Shown: positions 36,903 to 47,317 of the stretch, in pieces | Layout of the letters: every line of letters begins with the position of its first letter | How positions within the stretch are numbered: the stretch's first letter is position 1 | Source of the DNA: a virus | Taxonomy: Duplodnaviria > Heunggongvirae > Uroviricota > Caudoviricetes | Reading direction: 5' to 3' (one strand) | Virus record (IMG/VR): IMGVR_UViG_3300027156_000002 | Length of the DNA stretch: 64,000 nt | Notes under the pieces: model-generated | Databases searched by the model: none | The model's input: only the letters and a program-made list of their open reading frames with translations | Told to the model about the DNA's origin: nothing | Position numbers and translations under genes: made by a program

Positions 36903-37191
36903 CTGTGTACGTTAAATTATTATTCGCAATACCTTCATGAATAAGATCTTGAAGGATATCACCTATGTATTTCTCAAAGGGTTTCATGTCAGTGATAACC
37001 TTATCGTTGTAGTCAAGAATCTCATATTCAAAACTAATCTTCAAGGAATCGTTGGCTTCATCTTCTTCGAAACCAACTTTACCATAAGAATAAATTATAC
37101 CTTCATATGCACCATCTGTCAACTTTATCGCATCATGTCCATTACTGCGATTTTGCACAGTAACATAATTGCGCATATTATTCTTCATCAT
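36850..37191 (-). CDS. hypothetical protein at the T4 gene-40 position (between uvsX and 41)
   Basis: About 112-124 aa. Start ambiguous (several Met). Overlaps the 41 start by about 50 nt. Confidence 0.35.
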   Translation of the reverse strand: MMKNNMRNYVTVQNRSNGHDAIKLTDGAYEGIIYSYGKVGFEEDEANDSLKISFEYEILDYNDKVITDMKPFEKYIGDILQDLIHEGIANNNLTYTGGVDENRTGDPIEPDSQ

Positions 37192-38245
37192 CAATCGCAG
37201 CAAGTTCTGCATCGATATCTTCATCTTTAAGGATATCTGTTGAACCTACCTGATATTTGTTTTTAACAAACTCAATGAAAGACTTTTGCATAAGTACTGG
37301 CATCCAGAAGTCTTTAGTATCTGTATCTTTCAGGCGATACTTCTTATCTTCAATAACACCATCTGCATCTACTTTACTATACCAACCATTACTTGGCTTG
37401 ACAACATGCCCAGACTCGAGTGCGATATCAAGTAAGCCAGACCAACGGCTAATACCCCCATCATGATATACAGTAACAGGAATCTTAGATTTTTCACGCA
37501 CATAACGAGATTTCTCCACATTGATAATAAAATTATATCCAACAACTTCAGTCCCTTCTTTTTCTTGTTGACGACCAAGAATGTATACATTATCGGCAGA
37601 GTACATGGCACCAGTTCCACCACCGACAATAGGTTTGGGGAACATACCGATCTCCATATATGTATGATTAACAACAACCAATGGAATATCTTTAAGGTTC
37701 AGGTGTGGTGTAATCATACGGAACAATGACTTCATCTGTTTGGCACGACTCATATCAGCAACAGATTTGCCATCAAGTGCATCTTCTACTTCCTTCTTAG
37801 ACGCAAGATTACCAATAGAATCAATAACAATAATAAGATGGTCGCCACGTTCAACTCCTTGTAGCTGTTGCATGATGTCAAACTTCAACTGCTCTACGTC
37901 AGTAAGTGGTGTATGGATAACACGCTCGGTATCAATACCGAAAGAATCAAAGTATGCTTGAGGTGTGCCGAACTCTGAGTCGTAGAAAAGCAACGCAGCA
38001 TCGGGGTACTTGTCCATATAAGACTTAGCCATTAGCAAACTGAATGCTGTCTTGAAGTGTTTACTTGGTCCAGCCCACATTGTGATACCTGGAGTCAAAC
38101 CACCATCAAGACGACCAGACAATGCAATATTGATTGCTGGGACAGTGGTAGGAATCATATCCTTCTTTGTGAAGAACTTTGATTGTGATAGAATAGCAGA
38201 ATCTTTAATCGTACTATTCTTGCGAATTTTATCTAGTATACTCAT
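37178..38245 (-). CDS. uvsX: RecA-like recombinase UvsX
   Basis: 355 aa. RecA core with Walker A GPSKHFKT and synteny with 41. Confidence 0.9.
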   Translation of the reverse strand: MSILDKIRKNSTIKDSAILSQSKFFTKKDMIPTTVPAINIALSGRLDGGLTPGITMWAGPSKHFKTAFSLLMAKSYMDKYPDAALLFYDSEFGTPQAYFDSFGIDTERVIHTPLTDVEQLKFDIMQQLQGVERGDHLIIVIDSIGNLASKKEVEDALDGKSVADMSRAKQMKSLFRMITPHLNLKDIPLVVVNHTYMEIGMFPKPIVGGGTGAMYSADNVYILGRQQEKEGTEVVGYNFIINVEKSRYVREKSKIPVTVYHDGGISRWSGLLDIALESGHVVKPSNGWYSKVDADGVIEDKKYRLKDTDTKDFWMPVLMQKSFIEFVKNKYQVGSTDILKDEDIDAELAAIDDEE

Positions 38246-38297
38246 TTTTCAACTCCTAAAATTTTATTATACACGAAGTATGGTTATTTGTAAAGTT

Positions 38298-38894
38298 TTA
38301 TTTTGGGTTAGATTTGTGATGTGGCACATCGAATACAAAGGTTACACGAACTTCATTGCCAACATTTTCAGTTCCATGTTGCAATTTATTATTGAACCAC
38401 AACAAAGTTCCTGGCTCTACTATGTATTCCTCATCTCCAACCATATATTTGTATCTACCTGCGATGGAGAGATGGTAACGATCTCTGGTCTGATAATAAC
38501 TACCGATGTCTATATGTTTGCCGACAGAACCACCAACTGGCAATGACAAGAATCCACAACGTGAATGGTCGTGGAAGTTTCGTTTCATAAATCTAACAAT
38601 TTCTGTGTGTCTGTTATACGCAGGTGTTTTAATGCAATACTCAGTGTCACCAACATATTGCGTTTCATTCTCAACACCACCAATAACTAATTGCAAAACA
38701 CCTGCATTAATTTGTGGGAAGTCAAATTCTTTCTGGACTGTTGAAGCACCTTTCATCTGACCTTCAGAGTTCCAATCATCTTTGTAAAGTTTTAATTGAG
38801 CAAGAATCTTTGATACGTTGATTCCTGTTTTAATCACTTTAATATTATCCAAAGAAATCCTCCAATGATGACTTGGCTTCAACATTCCAACCAA
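38298..38894 (-). CDS. cupin-fold Asp/Asn beta-hydroxylase-like oxygenase
   Basis: 198 aa. HIDIG...H motifs of a double-stranded beta-helix. Confidence 0.4.
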   Translation of the reverse strand: MVGMLKPSHHWRISLDNIKVIKTGINVSKILAQLKLYKDDWNSEGQMKGASTVQKEFDFPQINAGVLQLVIGGVENETQYVGDTEYCIKTPAYNRHTEIVRFMKRNFHDHSRCGFLSLPVGGSVGKHIDIGSYYQTRDRYHLSIAGRYKYMVGDEEYIVEPGTLLWFNNKLQHGTENVGNEVRVTFVFDVPHHKSNPK

Positions 38895-41334
38895 TCGGCT
38901 GGATTACAGTTTGCATTGCATCGAGGAATGTCTTTTCAAACTGTGTTTCATAATCAATAAAGTCATGCAAACCAAACTCTTTCGGTAGATTTTGCGGGAA
39001 TGCGATAACGTCTTCCTGGAATGGATTTGGTTTTCTCACATATACAAACTTAACCTTCTCACCCTCTTTAATCAACTGATACTTCTTTTCAAGTCCAAGT
39101 TTCTTGACATAATGATTGTAAAGTAGTGAACCCCTTACATGGATAGGTGTTCCCTTGGTATAGATCGGAGAACCAGCATATGTTCTCAAACCATTTACGC
39201 CACGTGGGAAAGCAATATCCTCTACTGGCATTTGGTTGAATTCTTCACGGAACTTTTCGATATACGAGTGTAAGTCCGCTTGACTGCCCTTGAGAATAAC
39301 TTCGATCGAATCTTTAAGTTTGTCACGAATAACAGCAGGTGTACTTGACTTGACCATTTCAAGCCCCATAACTTTGAGTTTCGGTTTAGCATACTGCACT
39401 CCTTCAGAATTGTGTACGTTCAATATGTATCTTTTCTTGGCAGTCCAGATACCCTTATCGGCAAGAACCTCACGTTTCATAATCATCTTCTGAGAGTATG
39501 CGTTCATATACTCACCCAACTTTTGATACGTTTGGTCAATGAATGGTTGGAAGATCTCTTCGCAAACCTTATCCATATATTTAATTTTCTGGTCGTCAGT
39601 TTTACCTTCGCAAACTTTCTCGATCAGTTCTTCCAATGTTAGATAGATTGAATCTGTGTCAATGGCGATAACAAAGTCTTTACCTTCTGTCTTCATGACC
39701 TTGTTGAGATAACGATTAAACTCATTTGCCATCCAACGAATCGATAGTTGACCACTGGTAGTAATACCTTCTGCCATGCGAATATCAAAGTAACGGAAAT
39801 ACTGATTACCCATCGCACCATAAGCAGAGTTGAGAGCAATCTTCATTGCCATCTGCAGGTTGTTCAGTCGACTAATCTCTTTCAGTAGTTCTTTCTTGGA
39901 CTTGTCGTTCTGATATTCCTGTTCAACTTTCAGCATCTGCTTCTTGAACTTACTGCGGTCTGAATACATCTTCTCCATCAACTCAGGCATGAACCCTTTG
40001 ATATCTCTGCGGTAAGTCCAGCCATTGGCAGTCAACGCAAGATCCCTACGCTTACAATATTCAGTATCAACTTCTTGATTGAGCAGACGTTCAACGTTGC
40101 ATGAGATCTTCTCACCACTCAATGTTTCTGGTGAGATGTTATACTGCATAATCAAGTGAGGATATAGACTGTTCAAGTCAAAAGAAGCAACCCACTTATG
40201 CATACCCAGCAATGGGTCTTTAACGAAAGCACCTTCAAATGCTTCATTCTTACTGGAACCAACCTTGGTAGGAATGGCGATATGTTTCTTACGCAGGTGA
40301 TTATAGATGATGGCGTCCCACATTCTTACCTGAGAGAATACATCTTCATAGTTAATCTTTGCATTGTATGCCATGGTAAGACACAACTCAATCAGTCGCA
40401 TCTTATCTTCAAGTTTGTCAACCAACTCTACGTCGTGAATGTTATACTCAACGAAGTCTTGCCAGTAATTTGTATAGAAGTCTTTAAATGTATCTCCAGG
40501 GTTTTCTTTCTTGGCATCACCAAGTTCTTCACCTGCGATATAATCTAGACGATAGGACTCTTGCTTTTGATAAGTGAACTTCTTATACAAGTCAAGATAG
40601 TCAAGTTGGCTTACACCATGGATGTCAAATGAAATTTCTTCGTTACCTTTAACAAAGATCTTTCGTTCATTGATATATCCCCATGGTGAAAGTTTGGCTG
40701 CGATTGCTTCGCCAAGTTCACGCTGAATACGTTTAGTCAAATATGGTACGTCAAAGAATCCAATGTTCCATCCAGTTAGAACATCAGGATAATTCTGTTG
40801 CCAGAAAATCATAAACTCTTTGAGAAGTTGTTGCTCGTCTTTGCAACGGAAGTAAGTAACATCCTTGCGAGTATTTTCAAACTCACGTGTGCCGAAAGTG
40901 ATAATACTCTTAGATTGAAAGTCTTTGATTGTGATTAGTAAGATCTCTTCATTCGCCTGTTTGACATCAGGGAATCCATCTTCAACTGCAGTTTCAATGT
41001 CGATGGTGAACACTTTAATTTGTTCCATATCCCAACGAACATCACTCTCATAAGTGTCGCTGATATATTGGTGAACATAGTTAGTGTTTCCGTAGACGTT
41101 GAAACCCTGCACTTCTTTGTAACGATCAAAGAACTCACGTGTTTCTTTTACAGTTCCAGGTTTAACTTCATCGATAACTTGACCATCGAGTGTGCGCCAC
41201 TGGCTCTCTGCTTTATTTGATGTTACATAAAGTGTTGGGTAAAAGTCGATCTTACGTTGAAACGCTCTGCCGTTTTCATAACCTCTGACACACATTTTGT
41301 TACCAAAGGGAAATACGTGCGTATAAAAAATCAT
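38845..41334 (-). CDS. 43: family B DNA polymerase (T4 gp43)
   Basis: 829 aa. DTDS (IAIDTDSIY) and KIALNSAYGAMG motifs. The N-terminus YISDTY resembles T4 gp43. Confidence 0.9.
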   Translation of the reverse strand: MIFYTHVFPFGNKMCVRGYENGRAFQRKIDFYPTLYVTSNKAESQWRTLDGQVIDEVKPGTVKETREFFDRYKEVQGFNVYGNTNYVHQYISDTYESDVRWDMEQIKVFTIDIETAVEDGFPDVKQANEEILLITIKDFQSKSIITFGTREFENTRKDVTYFRCKDEQQLLKEFMIFWQQNYPDVLTGWNIGFFDVPYLTKRIQRELGEAIAAKLSPWGYINERKIFVKGNEEISFDIHGVSQLDYLDLYKKFTYQKQESYRLDYIAGEELGDAKKENPGDTFKDFYTNYWQDFVEYNIHDVELVDKLEDKMRLIELCLTMAYNAKINYEDVFSQVRMWDAIIYNHLRKKHIAIPTKVGSSKNEAFEGAFVKDPLLGMHKWVASFDLNSLYPHLIMQYNISPETLSGEKISCNVERLLNQEVDTEYCKRRDLALTANGWTYRRDIKGFMPELMEKMYSDRSKFKKQMLKVEQEYQNDKSKKELLKEISRLNNLQMAMKIALNSAYGAMGNQYFRYFDIRMAEGITTSGQLSIRWMANEFNRYLNKVMKTEGKDFVIAIDTDSIYLTLEELIEKVCEGKTDDQKIKYMDKVCEEIFQPFIDQTYQKLGEYMNAYSQKMIMKREVLADKGIWTAKKRYILNVHNSEGVQYAKPKLKVMGLEMVKSSTPAVIRDKLKDSIEVILKGSQADLHSYIEKFREEFNQMPVEDIAFPRGVNGLRTYAGSPIYTKGTPIHVRGSLLYNHYVKKLGLEKKYQLIKEGEKVKFVYVRKPNPFQEDVIAFPQNLPKEFGLHDFIDYETQFEKTFLDAMQTVIQPIGWNVEAKSSLEDFFG

Positions 41335-41645
41335 ATTTTGTTTGCTAATCTTAAAATTTTAACTTGATCATTGGGTGCAAGATATGCTCTTACAGTTAAG
41401 CATCGTCTCATTGTAATTGGATCATCGTAGTAAGTAAACTCAACCAGTCTATTCTCGAGCATATGTTTTATCATATCTCGAGTTAGTTTTTCTTTCACCT
41501 GCATGATTGCTGTTTCATCACCATCTTGTAATAGAGTTGAAAACGATTCATCCATCTCTGCTTTACCCACTACCATCTTACCACCGATGGCATAGTCGTG
41601 CGAATGAAATATTGGTACGTTTAATATTTTGATTTTATTTACCAT
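41331..41645 (-). CDS. hypothetical protein
   Basis: The track ORF overlaps the exonuclease gene. A shorter start at MVNKIK is likely. Confidence 0.35.
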   Translation of the reverse strand: MVNKIKILNVPIFHSHDYAIGGKMVVGKAEMDESFSTLLQDGDETAIMQVKEKLTRDMIKHMLENRLVEFTYYDDPITMRRCLTVRAYLAPNDQVKILRLANKI

Positions 41646-42201
41646 ACATAAGTTGCATAGCATCCAATGCACAATCATGTACTGGATGATGTTTGATTAC
41701 ACTGTGTCGTTTAAATGTTGGGTGATTGACTTCACAATAACCATTCGTGGAACCAGTAAAACAATCAACAGCAGTTCTCACGTCCCTCCACATATTATAC
41801 GTGGTAATCGGATTAATGTCAAGTTTAACGCACAAACTATCTATTGCAACTTGGTCAAGAGAACCACGTGCCCACATAGTTTGCTTACTTGCGTTAGGAT
41901 ACTTCGCCATATAATCTTTTAGAATTTTAATCGCATCTTCTGCAATTAAATCATCTGGACTTGCATCAAAAGAAACCTTGCGAACATATTCGTGTTGATT
42001 CTTCCACCAATCAATTGTGTCTTTTGAAATGGTGCGACCAAGTCTTTCAACTTGGTCTTTTGATTTTAACTTAACGAAACATGCATCGTCAAGAAGTTTC
42101 TGATAGTCAGGTTGTTCCTCTGGATCGAAATAAATTAAACCTGCAGATAAAATCACGCAGGTTGATTCGATACCCAAAGTTTCTACATCAAATACAAACA
42201 T
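41635..42201 (-). CDS. DnaQ-like 3'-5' exonuclease (DEDDh; dexA-like)
   Basis: 188 aa. FDVETLG (Exo I) and HHPVHDCALDA (Exo III with His). Confidence 0.65.
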   Translation of the reverse strand: MFVFDVETLGIESTCVILSAGLIYFDPEEQPDYQKLLDDACFVKLKSKDQVERLGRTISKDTIDWWKNQHEYVRKVSFDASPDDLIAEDAIKILKDYMAKYPNASKQTMWARGSLDQVAIDSLCVKLDINPITTYNMWRDVRTAVDCFTGSTNGYCEVNHPTFKRHSVIKHHPVHDCALDAMQLMYGK

Positions 42202-42512
42202 TACCAGTCTCTCTTATATCCAATTGGTGTGACGAATGCATTCATCTTTTGTTCATCTGTCCAGTCTTTAGTGTAGTCATTATCTTTATCAGCCAATGGA
42301 ATAATTTCTTCTTTGGCAATCTCTCGAGTGCTTAGAATTGTTTCTCCTACCCACAACTGCGAGAACTCATTCATCTCTTCAGATGTAACTGTATCAGCTG
42401 CCCATTGTTCAGCTGTGCAAGGATATTCACCATCATTGTGGTTATCAGGAACTTCAATAACATAACGCATACGATATTGAGAAATAGTTTCAACCAAAAC
42501 AAACTTACTCAT
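42201..42512 (-). CDS. hypothetical protein
   Basis: 103 aa. Confidence 0.4.
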   Translation of the reverse strand: MSKFVLVETISQYRMRYVIEVPDNHNDGEYPCTAEQWAADTVTSEEMNEFSQLWVGETILSTREIAKEEIIPLADKDNDYTKDWTDEQKMNAFVTPIGYKRDW

Positions 42513-42873
42513 CGATCATCTCCTTAGTAATAGCAAGTGACTTCTCCAATGCTTTTCCTGCGACACGCAGACCATATTCCATCTCACGCTTTTGCCTTCT
42601 CGCAAGCAACAACTCACGATTAAGTTTCAGATTTTCCTCATACAACTTTGTAGTATTTTTCTGAAGCACATCAACATATGTAGTTAGTTTATGAATAGTC
42701 ACCCACGATCCATCAGCGAGTTTAGTGTGACCATCACGAATACGAAATTCGTCAGTCCATCTCTCACCTTCTTTGTACTTGGGCATCGGCTCAAATAAAA
42801 ACAATTCTTGTTCTTGAAATTTCTTCACAAGTGGAGCGAATTGACGTTCAACATCGTCTTTACCATAAAACAT
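42505..42873 (-). CDS. hypothetical protein
   Basis: 122 aa. Confidence 0.4.
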   Translation of the reverse strand: MFYGKDDVERQFAPLVKKFQEQELFLFEPMPKYKEGERWTDEFRIRDGHTKLADGSWVTIHKLTTYVDVLQKNTTKLYEENLKLNRELLLARRQKREMEYGLRVAGKALEKSLAITKEMIDE

Positions 42874-43400
42874 TATTCATTCTCCTCATACTCATATTCT
42901 TCAGTACGACCTTCCATTGCTGCGTGGATATCACACATAGTACGATGCCAACCATCGGTATAAGTTTTACCTGGAGCACCACACTCTTCACATGTACGAT
43001 AACTCATACTCTCAGCAAAAGAGATGTAGTTATAGTGTTTATCAGTTGCAGCCTGAACATAGAAACGAAGACCACCGAACTTTTCTTTGACTTGAACAGC
43101 AACTGGAACCCTTAGAGTTTCTTCATCCAGTTTTGCTTTGGCTTCATCAATTGCTTCTTGCGTTACTGTTTTTGTTCCATAAAGAACATTACCAACACCT
43201 GTTTCCATAAGATAATCATATCGACTTTTTGCGCTACGATATTCCGAAGTCAACAAACCACAAAGAATATCGATGATGTTATACCAACCATCACCACATT
43301 CGAAACCCCAGCACATGGCTGTGTGTCGCATATCCGCATTACGATCTTTAAAGATAAGCGGATACTTTGCACATAGTGCTTCGTCTAATTCTTTTCTCAT
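42873..43400 (-). CDS. hypothetical Cys-rich protein
   Basis: 175 aa. Several CxxC-like pairs (CWGFECGDG, CEEC). Confidence 0.4.
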   Translation of the reverse strand: MRKELDEALCAKYPLIFKDRNADMRHTAMCWGFECGDGWYNIIDILCGLLTSEYRSAKSRYDYLMETGVGNVLYGTKTVTQEAIDEAKAKLDEETLRVPVAVQVKEKFGGLRFYVQAATDKHYNYISFAESMSYRTCEECGAPGKTYTDGWHRTMCDIHAAMEGRTEEYEYEENE

Positions 43401-43553
43401 GATAATTCTCTACTCATTTGATATTGCCAAAACCTATACAACTCTTCATACGCTCTAAGAACTTCATCAGGAAGTTTATTACCTTTACGTATTTCTTCTT
43501 CAATCACTCTTCCGAGTGTACGAGCTAATCTAATTTCTTCTAAATCCACCATA

Positions 43554-43922
43554 TCAACTCCATGTTCTGTGGTTTTCTGCCACATGCTCAATACCATCAT
43601 ACTCATGAATGTGCCACTCAACACCATCGGGAATATCTACAATAGCAATCTCTGCTGCGAAACCATTGGCAGCACTACCCATCTCTTCAATCACAGCAAT
43701 CAAGTCTGGGTCTGAACGATCTTCACAGAACTCATAGTAACTGAGATAACCATCATCTTTGCCACACATACCGTCTTTCCAATATGTAACACCAAAGATT
43801 TTTCCTTTGGTTGGATCTTCTTCCTTCTCAAATGCAATACCTTTACGTTCAAGCAACTTCTCGAACGCTGTATCACTCAAACCAAACCCACCGAAGCAAC
43901 GATTAATAGCTACTCTTGTCAT
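43554..43922 (-). CDS. hypothetical protein
   Basis: 122 aa. Confidence 0.4.
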   Translation of the reverse strand: MTRVAINRCFGGFGLSDTAFEKLLERKGIAFEKEEDPTKGKIFGVTYWKDGMCGKDDGYLSYYEFCEDRSDPDLIAVIEEMGSAANGFAAEIAIVDIPDGVEWHIHEYDGIEHVAENHRTWS

Positions 43923-44118
43923 TTTTAACTCCTAATACTCTATGTATAATTTTATCCTGAATCATATGTGGGATTGTCATATATGGAAACACAAGAAAGA
44001 AAGGACAACCACTAGAACCCCAACCACCAGTTTTCAAAAACTTTCTATATGAGTCAAGATCTTGTTTACTCTTTGGGTTGAAAAATCTTTTCTGCCCTAG
44101 TTTACTTTCTAGTATCAT
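43903..44118 (-). CDS. hypothetical small protein
   Basis: 71 aa. Confidence 0.35.
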   Translation of the reverse strand: MILESKLGQKRFFNPKSKQDLDSYRKFLKTGGWGSSGCPFFLVFPYMTIPHMIQDKIIHRVLGVKNDKSSY

Positions 44119-45410
44119 TTAATCACCTTGCTGGTATCTGCAACAGTTTTATCATCACGAAGTTCAATAAACACTGGAAGGAACAAACTATCCTCACCTT
44201 GTTTATTCTTTATTCTCATATTATACTTGATAGCTACAATTTTGTCAACTAAATTTTCTTTCCAATAATTCTTGCGATGTTCCTCAGTAAAGCCAGAGCC
44301 AACATTAACTTTTACAACACCATCGGCAGATTCGCAAACAATCGCACCAAGCATTCCTGCAGCTTTACCCTTACCCTCTTCCACTGCAACAATCTTCAAG
44401 TCGCACTCGAGTTCGCCTTTGAATTTAATCTGAGTCTTGCTACGTTTATCTTCCCAGATACCTTTGCGACATTTCAGGATGATACCTTCTTGGCCATCAG
44501 CAAGCAATTTCTCGAACAACGTATTTGCTTCTTCGATAGCATCAACTTCCCAGCTATCAACAAGACCAACTTTCTTTGGCTGATATGTATCCAGCATTAC
44601 ACAAAGAGAATCAAATCGTTGTCCGTAAGGAACAAGACATTCACCTTTAGTAAACGCATCATACGGAATCAAATCCCATACTGTGGCATGAACCTTGCGT
44701 GCTTCATCAGTTTTGATAGTACCCTTGTTGGCTTTATTCAAAATACCATTACCAGTCTGACGATCTAGGATGATACCTTTATCTTTGACGAGCAACTCGC
44801 CATCAAACACGCAATCTTGTCCGTTAGCCATGACAATGAAATCTTCTTCGAGATTACCCAACAAGTCAATCTCTTTACCATTGCGTGAACGAAACTCACA
44901 CTTACCAGAACGAACGATAGCATTGAATCGCATACCATCCATTTTAGTTTGCACGAAAGCAGGGAATTTAATTTTATCAACCAGCTTCTGTTCGAATGGT
45001 GAACAGAGCATAACAGGATATTCAAAAATCAAATTCTTCCATACCTTGTTTGCTGTTGACACATCAACACCACACTTCAAGTCTTTAGCGATGATACGCT
45101 CAAGTACTTTAGCATCGTCTGCGTTTAGTGCTTCAAGATTCGCACGCAGATGGTCGATACCAGCATTACCAGTGACCAATCGTTTAGTCAAATCACCGAT
45201 TGAATCCATGGCAAACTTGAGAGAGATTCCATCACCAGTATTTGGTGTATACTCAGGAATCTTACGGATGTAAAACTGAGTGAACGGGTCGAGAGTCTTG
45301 CGAACAACCTCACGTAGCACTTCGTTATCGCTATGTGCGTTTAGTTGCTCGATCTTGAAGTTGCGTGAGTTATTACTCGCAAGACTCTCGAAAAACTTAT
45401 TCAGATTCAT
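44115..45410 (-). CDS. 30: ATP-dependent DNA ligase (T4 gp30-like)
   Basis: 431 aa. Motif I KMDGMR, DGELL and an OB domain. Confidence 0.85.
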   Translation of the reverse strand: MNLNKFFESLASNNSRNFKIEQLNAHSDNEVLREVVRKTLDPFTQFYIRKIPEYTPNTGDGISLKFAMDSIGDLTKRLVTGNAGIDHLRANLEALNADDAKVLERIIAKDLKCGVDVSTANKVWKNLIFEYPVMLCSPFEQKLVDKIKFPAFVQTKMDGMRFNAIVRSGKCEFRSRNGKEIDLLGNLEEDFIVMANGQDCVFDGELLVKDKGIILDRQTGNGILNKANKGTIKTDEARKVHATVWDLIPYDAFTKGECLVPYGQRFDSLCVMLDTYQPKKVGLVDSWEVDAIEEANTLFEKLLADGQEGIILKCRKGIWEDKRSKTQIKFKGELECDLKIVAVEEGKGKAAGMLGAIVCESADGVVKVNVGSGFTEEHRKNYWKENLVDKIVAIKYNMRIKNKQGEDSLFLPVFIELRDDKTVADTSKVIK

Positions 45411-45743
45411 TTATGCTGCCACCTTAATGTTTGACCACTTAGCAAGTTTCTCTTTCTTTTTAATTCCTGCTTGAGCCACTGCATTACCATCAATAATTTG
45501 TTCTTCAATCATCATCTCGATCATACAAAGCAAATCACCGATCTCTTCTTCAAGACGTTCACGATTAGTTGCACCATTGTGTTCGCCATCAATCCCGAAA
45601 CGAAACACCTTACTGATTGCTTGTGTAACTTCTGCACATTCCTCTTGGCAGATAAGCATAATTTCTTTTTGCTTCTCCGAAGTAATTTTATTCATTGCAA
45701 ATTTATTCACTTTTAATTCCTTCAATATGTTTACATTTTCCAT
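45411..45743 (-). CDS. MazG-like all-alpha NTP pyrophosphohydrolase
   Basis: 110 aa. EEcaEvtqA...rERLeEEigDLL pattern. Confidence 0.55.
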   Translation of the reverse strand: MENVNILKELKVNKFAMNKITSEKQKEIMLICQEECAEVTQAISKVFRFGIDGEHNGATNRERLEEEIGDLLCMIEMMIEEQIIDGNAVAQAGIKKKEKLAKWSNIKVAA

Positions 45744-46047
45744 GATATTTGTAACCGATGCAAGTACAAGACATACCAGACTCAGTTTCTTCTACATAAT
45801 ACACATGGTCTTTACTACCAAGAATTTTCCATCGTTTATTAGATGTCTTCTCTTCATAGCGTTTAATTATTTGAAACTTCCGATACCGAGTATCGAATCC
45901 CAAAGGTTTCTTGAACTTCATAAAATCTTTTGGATTGTTCCACTTAAAGTACCCAATGATTTTATCCATTGAATTATTCATGAGGTATGTATGGTTTGGT
46001 TGACGATACTCAACATCCCATACGGTAATCTCTTTAGCGAGAATCAT
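45703..46047 (-). CDS. SWIM zinc-finger protein
   Basis: 114 aa. CTCIGYKYHGKCKH (CxC...CxH). Confidence 0.4.
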   Translation of the reverse strand: MILAKEITVWDVEYRQPNHTYLMNNSMDKIIGYFKWNNPKDFMKFKKPLGFDTRYRKFQIIKRYEEKTSNKRWKILGSKDHVYYVEETESGMSCTCIGYKYHGKCKHIEGIKSE

Positions 46048-46367
46048 GCTGCCACCAATTCATTGTAATCAATGCGTGGCTCAGGACAAGCAACTTTACC
46101 ATCATACTCCAACTGCGACTTCTCGAACCATGACATATAGTCATCACTCTCCAAAGACCAGTCGAGGATATACTCACGACAATACTCGTTATTCTTTTCC
46201 ACATCTGCAGCAGCAACAACTTCTGCGTAGTCGATGTTTAGTGGCACACCTTCAATCATATACTCAGAGCCACCTTTCATCTTCCAATACTGGGGACACT
46301 CACCCTCGCCATCCCAATCGTGGGCACCATAATTTTCCATATACTGAGTGCGAATAACAAGTTTCAT
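46044..46367 (-). CDS. hypothetical acidic protein
   Basis: 107 aa. Confidence 0.4.
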   Translation of the reverse strand: MKLVIRTQYMENYGAHDWDGEGECPQYWKMKGGSEYMIEGVPLNIDYAEVVAAADVEKNNEYCREYILDWSLESDDYMSWFEKSQLEYDGKVACPEPRIDYNELVAA

Positions 46368-46386
46368 AATATAGATCTCCTAAAAA

Positions 46387-46641
46387 TTAAACCAAACTAA
46401 AAGTTGTCTTACGTGGCATTCCCGAAGCAAACCCACTGGTACCACCACAAAAGCCACGTGAATTTTTGCCAGTCATCTTGGCTTTGGGTTCACGACGTTT
46501 ACGTGAGTCAACTTGAATCACGCCACCAGAGCGAAGGAATGCTGCAATCGCTTTTTCAGATTCAGCACGAGATTCAGCTTTGGTACGAACAGGGACATTG
46601 TAGATAGTAGCAACGATTTGCTTTTTGACAGACTTTTTCAT
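46387..46641 (-). CDS. small basic protein (start re-assigned to MKKSVKK)
   Basis: AGGAAA SD lies 9 nt upstream of ATG 46639-46641. Driven by PeSL-4. Confidence 0.4.
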   Translation of the reverse strand: MKKSVKKQIVATIYNVPVRTKAESRAESEKAIAAFLRSGGVIQVDSRKRREPKAKMTGKNSRGFCGGTSGFASGMPRKTTFSLV

Positions 46642-46669
46642 AATCAGGTTTCCTTTTTCATTCATCATA

Positions 46670-46840
46670 AGACTATTATACACCAAACCTGAATTATTGT
46701 AAAGTATTTTTTTTGGATAACCCTTTGGGTTGTAGGGGATTGTAACTCCTTGATTTTACTGGAGTTTTTATGTGTGTCGACCCTCTATCAGAGAGGGTCT
46801 TGGGCTGTAAATACCCCTACAGAACGTAGGGTTTTATTTG
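46670..46840 (-). promoter_or_regulatory. PeSL-like cassette 4: promoter (-35 rc 46698-46703 TTTACA, -10 rc 46675-46680 TATAAT) plus three stem-loops (46719-46731, 46778-46799, 46814-46833)
   Basis: Read directly. The last hairpin, CCCTACAGAACGTAGGG, is identical to the PeSL-6 hairpin. Confidence 0.7.
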
Positions 46841-47118
46841 AAGGAAGATGCGATCTGAATACCAGAGCCGAAGATTCGGTTGTATTCATTCTCCATAGCT
46901 ACTGTTGGAGAACCTTCTGTTCCTATTGACGATGAGTATAGGGTGATATCACCATTAGCATATGGCATATAAGGAGCAAGAGCAACACCAACTCCTTGTG
47001 CTGTTTGTTGTATAACAATTGCTGCTGGATCTTTCATAGAATATCCAACACCAGACGCTTCTACTTTTGCAATTATTTCTTCGCCATTCAATAACTTAAA
47101 CACTTTAATCATTTTCAC
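46834..47118 (-). CDS. hypothetical protein
   Basis: 94 aa. Confidence 0.4.
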   Translation of the reverse strand: MKMIKVFKLLNGEEIIAKVEASGVGYSMKDPAAIVIQQTAQGVGVALAPYMPYANGDITLYSSSIGTEGSPTVAMENEYNRIFGSGIQIASSFK

Positions 47119-47317
47119 TCTCCGCTAAAAAATCAATAAACGATGCTGCTTGGTCATGATCTGGAAATTCTTGAATAATAAATCTTTCCTTATCATAATA
47201 ATGTTGTGCAACTAATAACACATATCTGGTTTTATACACAGATATTTTCATAACCCAATTGCCACGACGGATCGTGACGAAGGATATTAGATTTGGTGAG
47301 ATTTTTGCTTTCATCAT
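47105..47317 (-). CDS. hypothetical small protein
   Basis: 70 aa. Its start codon lies inside the long hairpin at 47313-47360. Confidence 0.35.
   Translation of the reverse strand: MMKAKISPNLISFVTIRRGNWVMKISVYKTRYVLLVAQHYYDKERFIIQEFPDHDQAASFIDFLAESEND

Noticed and set aside
46834-47118. Calling the 94-aa protein a GroES-like co-chaperonin (T4 gp31 analog)
   Set aside because: Only a vague N-terminal resemblance (MKMIKVFKLLNGEEIIAKVE...). It has no mobile-loop or roof hairpin signature that I can verify.
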